Positions 48,005 to 56,853 of a DNA stretch of 64,000 nucleotides are shown here, piece by piece. The stretch's first letter is position 1. The number at the start of each line of letters is the position of its first letter. Both the position numbers and the translations under genes were made by a program. A model generated the notes under the pieces. That model saw nothing but the letters and a program-made list of their open reading frames with translations. It was not told where the DNA came from and did no database searches. Source of the stretch: Candidatus Vogelbacteria bacterium RIFOXYD1_FULL_46_19 (GTDB lineage Bacteria; Patescibacteriota; Minisyncoccia; Phycocordibacterales; XYD1-FULL-46-19); NCBI GenBank assembly GCA_001824825.1, contig MHTK01000002.1, positions 70,020 to 134,019 of the forward strand, given 5' to 3'.

Positions 48005-49066
48005 TTATTTAGTCACTGTCGACAATTGGTCACCTGGTTGATCCGGGTCGATAAAGTTCATTACCAAGTTATTTGTTAAAACGTTTTCGACATACGCCCG
48101 GAGACGATCAGGGGAAGTTTGGCCGGCAGTTTCTGGTAGGCGCACCATTAGCTGGTCCATTTCTTTGGCTACTTGTTCAGGCGCCGGCTTTAGTTCATAT
48201 TTCTCGGCCAAGTGGCTCGCGACCAAGCCAAACATGACGCGTTTCTTGGCCTCGTTTTCCCAATCTGACTTTAGATCCGCTTCGGTTTTCTTAAGGTGAC
48301 TTAAGTAGTCGGTGAAAGTGAGACCCATGTGCTCGATTTGTCCGCGCATTTCCGCCAACATTTTTTCCTGTTCTTTTTTAACCAAAACTGGTGGCAGGGG
48401 GACAGCGGCTTGTTCACCCAAGGTTTGAATGATTAGGAGGCGACGCTTGTCTCTAGCTTCGGAAATTTTCTCGGCTAACATATTAGTTTTAAGCTGGCTT
48501 TTAAAATCGTCAACGGACTTGAAATCACCAAGAGTTTTGACAAAGTCATCAGACAGCTCCGGTAAGTCAGGCTTGAGCTCGTCGGCCGAGGCTGGCTTTA
48601 CTCGGCTGCGACGGATATTATCAATCGTTTGGTTTAATTCTTCCTCAGTCACCTCAGTGGGTAGTGGCTGGTCTTTAGCCACTTGCTCGGCTAGAGGTTT
48701 GTGATCGGGCAGATTAAATTCCGGCCGGACGGCGACTTTTAAGGTAAAACCCAAAGGATTGTCTTTAGCGAGTTTGGTGAGGGCAACTTCGGGTGGACCG
48801 ATCGGTTCTAGCTGGTGATTTTTAATGAGTTCCGGGTACAAATCGCTAATAGCTCTTTCGGCCATTTCCGTTAAAATGGCCGGTTCCCCAAGGCGTTCCA
48901 GAGCGATTTTGTCCGGAGTATGGCCGGGACGGAAACCAGCCACGTTCAACTGACTTTTAAAGTCGGCTAACACAGTTGGCCAGTGAGCCATAAAATCAGC
49001 GGTGGCAATTTCCCCGCTTAGTTCCACTTCGGAAGTGTCCAATTTTTTTAACTCAACTTTACCCAT
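48005..49066 (-). CDS. tig: Trigger factor, short form apparently lacking the PPIase domain
   Basis: GFRPGH ribosome-binding motif, LPELSDDFVK; 353 aa; upstream of clpP. Confidence 0.9.
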   Translation of the reverse strand: MGKVELKKLDTSEVELSGEIATADFMAHWPTVLADFKSQLNVAGFRPGHTPDKIALERLGEPAILTEMAERAISDLYPELIKNHQLEPIGPPEVALTKLAKDNPLGFTLKVAVRPEFNLPDHKPLAEQVAKDQPLPTEVTEEELNQTIDNIRRSRVKPASADELKPDLPELSDDFVKTLGDFKSVDDFKSQLKTNMLAEKISEARDKRRLLIIQTLGEQAAVPLPPVLVKKEQEKMLAEMRGQIEHMGLTFTDYLSHLKKTEADLKSDWENEAKKRVMFGLVASHLAEKYELKPAPEQVAKEMDQLMVRLPETAGQTSPDRLRAYVENVLTNNLVMNFIDPDQPGDQLSTVTK

Positions 49067-49153
49067 ATGAAGAGGTTAGTTTAGCTTAATTATAATTTTT
49101 TGCAATCAGCCTAAATTAACCGGTGGATGACCCGAGATAGGTAAAATAACTAG

Positions 49154-49507
49154 TTACTCCAAGTTTGTCTCGAGTAAGTCTAGTTCACCTTCCAGAGAGG
49201 AAAAGTTGGCGGCTTCCAGATCTTCTTCAATATCATCTAAGTTGGTTGAGGTGCCGGTAGTCATCCAGGTTGGTTCAGTAACCATCGTGGCGGCTGATTC
49301 TGAATTATCAGCTTCAAGTGGAAGAGGGACGGTGATATCTGTGTTTTCGTTTTGCCAGCTCCGGCTCTTTTGATACTGCTGGTAAAAAACGGCGATGGCT
49401 CCTAGGACTAGTACTATTATTATTATTACAGTTCCAATGAGAGGGCCGGTGGAACCACCAGCAGGGGTTGGATTAGTGAGGGTATCTTCCGGGTTATTAT
49501 AATCCAT
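49154..49507 (-). CDS. Single-pass acidic membrane protein
   Basis: GPLIGTVIIIIVLVLGA TM; TST..DDIEEDL C-terminus. Confidence 0.75.
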   Translation of the reverse strand: MDYNNPEDTLTNPTPAGGSTGPLIGTVIIIIVLVLGAIAVFYQQYQKSRSWQNENTDITVPLPLEADNSESAATMVTEPTWMTTGTSTNLDDIEEDLEAANFSSLEGELDLLETNLE

Positions 49508-49512
49508 AACCT

Positions 49513-50100
49513 TTACTCGTTACTTAGAGTTTTGGCGGTCTCAATCGCCTCGGCCAAGAGGTCGCGGACTTGGCCTAATTTAACCACCGCTTCTTCGATC
49601 ATCATTTTAATGTCACGAATAGTTTGACCGGGATCAGTGGAGGTGAAAACGGCAGTGGTGCTGGCTCTAGCAACAGCGATAGTAGTACTGGCTTGATCCA
49701 GGAGTAGACCAGCTTCGTTGGCTTGATTTTGAACTTTGGTAGTATCTTTACCATTAGTCGAGAGTTCGGCTAAGCTCGAATCTAAGCGATTTAAAATACC
49801 GCTTAAGTATTCTGAGTAACGTTCGGTATTGGTGAGGACTCGGTCGTACGAAGCTAAAATGGTTTTCTGACGGAGACTCAAGATTCTTTCTTCTAAACTT
49901 TTAATTTTGTCTTGAATCGAATCAGAAGAAGCAGAATCGACAACGGTCGATCCAGTGGTTTGTTGTTTTAGAAACGATTCACGGTGAGCTCGAGCTCGGT
50001 CTTGGATGGTGGCATAGTCGGTACTTTGGGCTAAAGTGGTGGCTGGAAGTATCAAACTCAAAGATCCTAGTGTTAAGCTGATAACGGCTAAAAATTTCAT
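49513..50100 (-). CDS. Secreted helical hypothetical protein
   Basis: Signal peptide ending TLA; helical-bundle-like sequence. Confidence 0.75.
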   Translation of the reverse strand: MKFLAVISLTLGSLSLILPATTLAQSTDYATIQDRARAHRESFLKQQTTGSTVVDSASSDSIQDKIKSLEERILSLRQKTILASYDRVLTNTERYSEYLSGILNRLDSSLAELSTNGKDTTKVQNQANEAGLLLDQASTTIAVARASTTAVFTSTDPGQTIRDIKMMIEEAVVKLGQVRDLLAEAIETAKTLSNE

Positions 50101-50235
50101 GTTTTTGATTATTTAAGGACTAAAGTCGGCTTAAACCCGCCAAAAAAGCGAGGTTGCCAATAGGATCACTATAGCATTTTAAATAGGCAAATTCCACCAC
50201 TTTATCCAGCCTCAGGCTAGAGCTTAAAGTGAGGC

Positions 50236-50769
50236 TTACTCAGCTTTGACTTGGAACTTATCGTGGTAGAGCACAAAAGATCGTTCGATATCCCGCTTAG
50301 CTTCACTGGCATTGCGCCAGTCGGCCACTATTACTTCCTTTTTTTGCAGATCTTTGTAGACTTTGAAGAAGTGTTTAATTTCTTCTAGAGTGTGGGTGTC
50401 GAGATCGGTAATATCTTTAACGTAATTGTAACGGGGGTCTTTGATGGGTACTGATAGAACTTTAGCGTCGGAGTCGCCATCATCAGTCATTTCCATCACA
50501 CCGATGGGTCGGGCTTTGACGAGGCAGCCCGGCACAAAAGGTTCGTGCGACATCACGAGGACATCCAAGGGATCACCATCAGGCCATAAGGTTTGAGGGA
50601 CGAAACCGTAGTTGGTCGGGTAGTGCATTGGCGAGTACAGGACGCGGTCGACGTGAATCAGGCCGGTGTCTTTATCCAGTTCATATTTAATGCGAGATAG
50701 CTTAGGAATTTCGATGATTACGTTTAACTCGTCTGGGGTACCGGCGGGAACATCATGCCAAAGGTTCAT
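50236..50769 (-). CDS. ppa: Family I inorganic pyrophosphatase
   Basis: IEIP..KYE..DRVL..YP.NYGF, DGDPLDV, HFFKVYKDL; ATG 50769. Confidence 0.96.
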   Translation of the reverse strand: MNLWHDVPAGTPDELNVIIEIPKLSRIKYELDKDTGLIHVDRVLYSPMHYPTNYGFVPQTLWPDGDPLDVLVMSHEPFVPGCLVKARPIGVMEMTDDGDSDAKVLSVPIKDPRYNYVKDITDLDTHTLEEIKHFFKVYKDLQKKEVIVADWRNASEAKRDIERSFVLYHDKFQVKAE

Positions 50770-50806
50770 AAATAATATAAGAGTTAAGTTTAATAAAGGT
50801 TGGTGT

Positions 50807-51985
50807 TTAACTGGTTTCGGTTTCAGGTGGGGCATCAGCTATCTCTGACTCAGCACTGGCTTCTGGTTCTAGTTTGACTGCTAAGTCTTCCGGAATCTCG
50901 GGGGTGGTAATATTTATTTTCCAGCCGGTAAGCTTGGCGGCTAAGCGGACGTTTTGACCGCCTTTGCCGACCGCGAGAGAAAATTGATCAGCACTCACAT
51001 CCACAGTCGCTTGATGCTCGTCTTCATTTAGGGTCACATCATTAACTTTGGCCGGTGATAGGGAGTTGGTAATAAACATAGACATATTATCCGACCACTC
51101 GATAATATCGATTTTTTCTCCGCCCAGTTCGGCGATCACGGTGTTCACCCGAGAACCGCGCTGGCCCACCATCGAGCCAACCGGATCAATACTATTATCA
51201 TGAGAGGTGACGGCAATTTTGGTGCGAGAGCCGGCTTCACGGGCGACCGCTTTTATTTCCACGGCGCCACTGCCGATTTCCGGTGCTTCCATGGCAAACA
51301 ATTGCTCGACAAATTTAGGGTGCGAGCGGGAGAGTTTCAGAGCAATCCCCCGTGGGGTGTCTTCTACCAAGTAAAGATAAGCCCGAATACGCTCGCCTTG
51401 ACGGTAAAATTCCCCGGGGATTTGTTCCTCGTAGGGGAGGATAGCGGTGGTGCGGCCCAGGTCCACAAACACATTACCACGTTCGATTTTTTGTACTTTA
51501 CCACTGGCAATCTCGCCTTCCTTTTCGGCGTATTCATCCAAAATAGAAACCTTTTCGGCTTCACGGATGCGCTGGATAATCACTTGCTTGGCCGTTTGGG
51601 CGGCGATGCGGCCGTAGTCGTCTTTGGTTTCCAAGGGGAAAATCAGTTCTTCACTCACTTGGATATCTTTTTTAATTTTTTTGGCATCATCAATCAAAAT
51701 GTGATGTTCCTCATTAAAGAGAGGACGTTCGTCTGCATCGTCACGAGGCTCCTCTTCATCGAAGCGAACGGTGGTGCCGTCGACGGCAATTTTAACCTGG
51801 TTAAATTCAATGGCGCCGGTGTTTAGATCAAAGTTGGCCCGCACAATTTGCCCTTTCTTACCATAGTCTTTTTTATAAGCGGCCACTAAAGCATCGTTAA
51901 TAGCTTCGGTGATTTTTTCCCGGGGAATGTGACGCTCTTCTTCCAGTTCGCTCAGGGCCGCGTTTAAAGCTTTTAAGTCAATCAT
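50807..51985 (-). CDS. nusA: Transcription factor NusA
   Basis: GRIAAQTAKQ, AREAGSRTKIAV, AVGKGGQNVRLAAKLTGW. Confidence 0.97.
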   Translation of the reverse strand: MIDLKALNAALSELEEERHIPREKITEAINDALVAAYKKDYGKKGQIVRANFDLNTGAIEFNQVKIAVDGTTVRFDEEEPRDDADERPLFNEEHHILIDDAKKIKKDIQVSEELIFPLETKDDYGRIAAQTAKQVIIQRIREAEKVSILDEYAEKEGEIASGKVQKIERGNVFVDLGRTTAILPYEEQIPGEFYRQGERIRAYLYLVEDTPRGIALKLSRSHPKFVEQLFAMEAPEIGSGAVEIKAVAREAGSRTKIAVTSHDNSIDPVGSMVGQRGSRVNTVIAELGGEKIDIIEWSDNMSMFITNSLSPAKVNDVTLNEDEHQATVDVSADQFSLAVGKGGQNVRLAAKLTGWKINITTPEIPEDLAVKLEPEASAESEIADAPPETETS

Positions 51986-52149
51986 AAGGATTAAGTATTT
52001 AGTGTATTGTATTTTGTATGGAGACTATGAAGTCAAGATACAAAATCACTGATAATTTTAATAAAAAACCCGCTCTTCCTGGTCAGAATAGCGGACTAAC
52101 ATTCGTATATTAATGATACCAAACCATGAGTAGGGTGTCAATTTATTTT

Positions 52150-52248
52150 TAGAAAAACCTAATTTTAGGGTACGGATTTTTTGAAGCTTAAAAAATCCTG
52201 AAACGTTCGGTTCGACAACCTCACGACCCCCTAAAATAGGTTTTTCTA
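52150..52248. repeat. 99-bp element with ~20-bp imperfect terminal inverted repeats (MITE/REP-like)
   Basis: TAGAAAAACCT-A-ATTTTAGGG ... CCCTAAAAT-AGGTTTTTCTA with an internal GGATTTTTT/AAAAAATCC hairpin. Confidence 0.65.
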
Positions 52249-52260
52249 TGATTTTAGTAT

Positions 52261-52295
52261 CAATCCCCCACGAGGCTTAGCCTCGTGGGGGATTG
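52261..52295. repeat. Perfect 17-bp inverted repeat
   Basis: CAATCCCCCACGAGGCT-T-AGCCTCGTGGGGGATTG. Confidence 0.85.
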
Positions 52296-52423
52296 TGGTT
52301 CTAGATAAGGATATTTTTGATAGGTAAAAATCTTGACGAAAATTAGATAAAAGTGTATAATTAAATAAGATAAGGTGGTGGCTTTGCATAAGGCAAGGTC
52401 AAAAAAAAGAAGGAGAAGTTGTC

Positions 52424-53023
52424 ATGGCTAACGTCGTTGGCGACGAAGTGTTGGGCAAGATTGCTCGGCAGCAGCATGATTGGTTTCGACGGGTGAAAGA
52501 AGGATCATTGGATCCTGCCGAGGTTTTGCTGGTCCATCAGATTATCCAAGACTTTGGGGACGGTAAAATACCGAACTTACTGGGACTAAGGAGAGGAACT
52601 CATGAACTTCGGCCAGTCAAATATGTTATCGACTGCGACGCCGACCCCTTCCTGCCTGACGGCTGGAAAGTGGAAGATCACCAGCAGGGCGGTATCCTTA
52701 AATGGACGGAGTCGCTCATCGCTCTCTATCTCGACCAGAGACAGCAGAGCGGCCGGTGCATCGGTCACGACCTGCGCCGGGCGCTCAGGAATCAGAAGGT
52801 TCTGAACGCCAACGTGTTAGACTTCCTCTTACAGCACCCCGAGCTCATCCCTGAAGAGTGGAAGGGCAAAGAAGTTTTCTTCTGGGGCACCATCTACCTC
52901 ATTTCTGACGACAATCTCTGCGTCCGTTCTTTGTCCTGGCACGGCGATGAGTGGCGCTGGAGCCACTTCTGGCCCGACTTCATCTGGCCCAACAACTACC
53001 TTGCCGCGGTGCGCGCAAGTTAG
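52424..53023 (+). CDS. Trp-rich C-terminus protein, candidate DGR target
   Basis: TTGACG-17-TATAAT, AAGGAG SD; C-terminal W-periodic tract rich in NNC codons. Confidence 0.75.
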   Translation: MANVVGDEVLGKIARQQHDWFRRVKEGSLDPAEVLLVHQIIQDFGDGKIPNLLGLRRGTHELRPVKYVIDCDADPFLPDGWKVEDHQQGGILKWTESLIALYLDQRQQSGRCIGHDLRRALRNQKVLNANVLDFLLQHPELIPEEWKGKEVFFWGTIYLISDDNLCVRSLSWHGDEWRWSHFWPDFIWPNNYLAAVRAS

Positions 53024-53198
53024 CCCTTTGGGATTGGTTTCTGTGTTCTAAACTTAACTTAGGTACCCTGACCTTAGTTCTTGAGCCCCGTGCTTTTCTG
53101 TGTAAACACAGATTAGCGGCGGGGCTCTTTTTGTTTGGTTAAGATACCAACAGTTGGGGGGCGGTAAAAAATTGATCTGATGGTATAATTTTAAAAAC

Positions 53199-54842
53199 AT
53201 GAGTTCTTCTATCTTGCTTAATTTTTTAGTGACCAGTCGTTTGTTGTCACCAGCGGAAGCCGACAGTGTGGCCGCGGAAGCGGAGGAGCACGGCTTGTCG
53301 GCTTCGGAGCTACTCCTGGCTCGGGGACTTTTTACCGGTGATGAGTTGCGCCGCTTGGAAGCGCGGCTCTCGGGGGTACCTTTTATTTCCGCTTGGGATG
53401 AGCCGGTACCGTTTGAAGTGTTGGCCCGGATTCCGGAGCCGGTGGCCCGCAATCACAATGTGATTGCGGTGCGGGAAAATGACGGTGCCTTGGAAGTAAT
53501 TGGGCTAGATATGAGTGCTTTTCCGGCGGTAGAAAAGTTGGTAGGTGAACACAAGTTGCGACTCTTACCACGCTTGGGGAGCGAGCCGGTGGTACGCAAG
53601 CTTTTGAAGACTTATCAGAAAGATTTGTTTGACCGCTACGGCCAGACCCTACGACACTTGACGGAGACTGGGCCGGAGGATGGTTTGACCGAGCAGCACT
53701 TAAACAATGTTTTGGAAGTTTTATTTAACCAAGCCGCCACCGCCAGAGCCAGACGCATTCATTTTGATATTACCCCACAGGAAACTTTGGTCCGTTATCG
53801 GATCGGTTCGCGACTGTATAATGCCCTCGCTTTAAACAGTAGTGCCGGCGAACTTTTAACGACTTTGAAAGCAGAATCGGTGCCGGCGACTGCTGCTTAC
53901 TCTTTGGCCGGGTTACACACGGCAGATTTGGGTACTAAAATGATTTTCACGGCTAAAAATCAAATGACTGATTTGTCCCTGCCGGCGCTCGGTTTATGGG
54001 GGCAAGGTCTGGATGATTTGGAGGCGGCCCTAGAGCGGCGCGGTATAATTTTTATTGGTTCGGAAGCCCTTAGCAGTCGGAAAAATTTGTTTTACGCTAT
54101 CGCTGCTACTTTATCCAAAGCTGGCCGGGCGGTGGCGATGGTGGAAGCTGACAGGGAGCGTTACCTACCTCATGTTCATCAAGTGATAACAACCAATCTC
54201 TCGACTACGGCCACGACTGACTTGATGCGCCAAGTTTTAAAACAAGATGTGGATGTTTTAATAATTGACCGGTTGCTCGCGGTAGAGACAGCCGCTTTGG
54301 CTACTGCCGCGGCGGCGCGCGGAGTGACGGTGGTGGTTGGACTGGAAGCCAAAACCACGGTGGATGTTATCACGACGGCTCGCATCTTGGTGGGTGATGA
54401 TTATATTTTAGCGATTAATGCCTCACTGTTTGGCTTGGTGGAGCCGGTACGAGCCCTGGGTTCCGATAGCCGGCCGGCCAATTTAAGTGAGGACGAGCTG
54501 AAAGATTTGAAAGGTTTTGTAAATTTACCGAACATAGCTCAAGCCCTAGCCGATGGAGCTCCGCTAGTGGGGGCGGTTGCGAGCCTTGCCAACTCAAATT
54601 GGCGTACGAGGAGCCAAGGAGCCTCTGAGCCACTTTTAAATAAAAAAAGGTTGCTGACGGAAATTTTACCGGTGACGGCGGTGATGGAGCATCAGCTTAA
54701 AGATGGTAAAACCACCGCTGAAATTTATAAGGAAGCGCGCCAGACAGGGGTTTTATCCCTCGGGGAAGACGCGCTGACCCAAGCGGCTCAAGGGTTGGTG
54801 GATTTAAATGAGGCGATAGCGGTGGTGAGACGAGCGGTGTAA
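53199..54842 (+). CDS. Degenerate PilB/GspE-family protein
   Basis: GspE-N-like domain (IPEPVARNHNVIA), IHFD..VRYRIG, LKQDVDVLII, C-terminal G..SL.ED..G; Walker A eroded. Confidence 0.8.
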   Translation: MSSSILLNFLVTSRLLSPAEADSVAAEAEEHGLSASELLLARGLFTGDELRRLEARLSGVPFISAWDEPVPFEVLARIPEPVARNHNVIAVRENDGALEVIGLDMSAFPAVEKLVGEHKLRLLPRLGSEPVVRKLLKTYQKDLFDRYGQTLRHLTETGPEDGLTEQHLNNVLEVLFNQAATARARRIHFDITPQETLVRYRIGSRLYNALALNSSAGELLTTLKAESVPATAAYSLAGLHTADLGTKMIFTAKNQMTDLSLPALGLWGQGLDDLEAALERRGIIFIGSEALSSRKNLFYAIAATLSKAGRAVAMVEADRERYLPHVHQVITTNLSTTATTDLMRQVLKQDVDVLIIDRLLAVETAALATAAAARGVTVVVGLEAKTTVDVITTARILVGDDYILAINASLFGLVEPVRALGSDSRPANLSEDELKDLKGFVNLPNIAQALADGAPLVGAVASLANSNWRTRSQGASEPLLNKKRLLTEILPVTAVMEHQLKDGKTTAEIYKEARQTGVLSLGEDALTQAAQGLVDLNEAIAVVRRAV

Positions 54843-54865
54843 AGCCTTATGCTATAATGACGGGT

Positions 54866-55657
54866 ATGAAAGATAAACTGATTGTTTTTAACTGGAAAAT
54901 GAACCCGGCGGAAGCTAAGGAGGCTCGCTGGTTGGGGGCCAAGGTTAAAACTATCAGTAGCCGACTAAAAAAGGTGCAGACGGTGATGGTGCCACCGGCG
55001 GTTTTTTTACCTCTCCTCACATCGACCAAGCCGAGCCGGCGGTGGTCCCTCTCGGCTCAAGATATCTCGCTCGAAAAAGAGACGGGGGCTTTTACTGGTG
55101 AAATTTCGGCGACCCAGGTGGCTTCGGTGGGAGCCAAGTATGTAATAGTCGGCCACTCGGAACGTCGAGGGAGGGGAGACACTGACGATGTGGTGCGCGG
55201 GAAGCTCATGGCCGGCCTCATGGCCGGCCTTAGTGTTATTCTATGTGTGGGCGAAAAAGCCAGGGACGCGCACGGTGCTTATTTAGATTTTTTGCGAGCT
55301 CAACTGATTTCCGCAACCAAAGCTTGTCGCCGGGCTGATTTTAAAAATCTAATCATTGCCTATGAGCCGGTCTGGGCGGTGGGTGACCAAGCAGCCGGGG
55401 CGGATACACCGGATAATTTTTTCCATAACGCTCTGTTTATCCGGAAGGTCATTAGTGGGCTGGCCGGACAAGAGACAGCCCTTTCTATCCCGATTTTATA
55501 CGGTGGGTCGGTTAATTCAGCTAATGCGGTCGAGTTTTTAGCCGCTGGTCGGGCCGATGGTTTACTGATCGGACGAGCCTCGCTCGTGCCGGAGGAGGTG
55601 AAGGCGATATTGCTCTTGGCCGATCAGGTGAAGGTAAAAGTAAAAGTTAAAAAATAA
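54866..55657 (+). CDS. tpiA: Triosephosphate isomerase
   Basis: NWKMN, GAFTGEIS, VGHSERR, AYEPVWAVG, LYGGSV; ATG 54866 is 7 nt after TATAAT. Confidence 0.96.
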   Translation: MKDKLIVFNWKMNPAEAKEARWLGAKVKTISSRLKKVQTVMVPPAVFLPLLTSTKPSRRWSLSAQDISLEKETGAFTGEISATQVASVGAKYVIVGHSERRGRGDTDDVVRGKLMAGLMAGLSVILCVGEKARDAHGAYLDFLRAQLISATKACRRADFKNLIIAYEPVWAVGDQAAGADTPDNFFHNALFIRKVISGLAGQETALSIPILYGGSVNSANAVEFLAAGRADGLLIGRASLVPEEVKAILLLADQVKVKVKVKK

Positions 55658-55660
55658 GTT

Positions 55661-56779
55661 ATGGCCAAAATTCCTTTTAAAAGTATTAAAGAATTAAAAC
55701 CGGTCGCTTTGAAAGGTAAGTATGTCTTGGTGCGGACCGATTTTAACGTGCCGGTCGACCAAGGTCGGGTGACCAACAATTTTCGCCTTAAGCAAGCTTT
55801 ACCAACTTTGGAGTATCTAAGGCGAGCCGGGGCCCGGGTATTGGTGATTAGTCACACGACCGGACCAACCCTAAAGCCTATGGCTTTGGAATTGGAGACT
55901 TTTATTAAAGCTGGTTTTTCCCAGCTTATTTTTGATGATGGTCGTTTCCAAGCGATGCCTGATGGCTCGGTGATGGTGTTGGAAAATTTGCGCGGCCAAG
56001 TGGAAGAAGAAAAAAACAGCGAGTCTTTAGCCAAACGGCTGGCCTCTTTGGCTGATGTTTATGTCAACGACGCCTTTTCGGCCTCTCATCGCCGGCACGC
56101 CTCTATTGTAAGCTTGCCTAAACACTTACCGAGCTACGCCGGTTTAAATTTTGGGCGTGAGTATACAGAGTTATCTAAAATTTTTAAAGCGCCAAAACCA
56201 TTTACGATAATTTTAGGGGGAGCTAAATTTTCCACTAAGTTGCCCTTGGTAGAGTCGCTCCTGCCTAAGGCCGACCACATTTTTGTCGGTGGGGCCCTGG
56301 CTCACACTTTTTTTCGTAAGCTAGGTTATGAAATCGGCAAATCGCTAGTAGAAGAAGATATGAGAGGTCTGACAGAGTTGCTAAAAAATAAAAAAATAAT
56401 TTTACCGACCGATGTAGTGGTAAAAACCGCTGAGGGTTCAGAAGTTAAACAACTAGAAAGCATCCGCCGGCAAGATATAATCGTAGACGTTGGACCGGCC
56501 ACTTTGAAACAATTAAGTAAACTTGTGCGTGAGTCCAAATTTATTTTATGGAATGGGCCGTTGGGAAATTTTGAAAAGGGTTTTGCCGGGGGTACCGAGA
56601 AACTGGCGCGTATCGTGGCGCGGGCCGATGCTTATTCCGTGGTGGGCGGTGGGGATACGGTGGCAGCTATTGAAAATTTAAAGTTGGCGGAAAAATTTAA
56701 CCACCTATCAACGGCCGGCGGAGCGATGATGGAATTTTTGGCCACCGGTACTTTACCGGGGATTGAAGCCTTAAAATAA
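55661..56779 (+). CDS. pgk: Phosphoglycerate kinase
   Basis: RTDFNVP, LENLR, VNDAF, WNGPLG, GGGDT, STAGGA. Confidence 0.97.
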   Translation: MAKIPFKSIKELKPVALKGKYVLVRTDFNVPVDQGRVTNNFRLKQALPTLEYLRRAGARVLVISHTTGPTLKPMALELETFIKAGFSQLIFDDGRFQAMPDGSVMVLENLRGQVEEEKNSESLAKRLASLADVYVNDAFSASHRRHASIVSLPKHLPSYAGLNFGREYTELSKIFKAPKPFTIILGGAKFSTKLPLVESLLPKADHIFVGGALAHTFFRKLGYEIGKSLVEEDMRGLTELLKNKKIILPTDVVVKTAEGSEVKQLESIRRQDIIVDVGPATLKQLSKLVRESKFILWNGPLGNFEKGFAGGTEKLARIVARADAYSVVGGGDTVAAIENLKLAEKFNHLSTAGGAMMEFLATGTLPGIEALK

Positions 56780-56853
56780 TAAATTTGACATCCATCTCTA
56801 GTAGCGTATTCTCTGTTTCAGATATCTAGGAACTTTGACTAAAGGAGTGATAG

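Noticed and set aside
48005-49066. Short trigger factor as a novelty or pseudogene
   Set aside because: Frame is intact, and short forms lacking the PPIase domain are, to my knowledge, usual in this group
50770-50835. Apparent ppa/nusA overlap
   Set aside because: Disappears when ppa starts at ATG 50769
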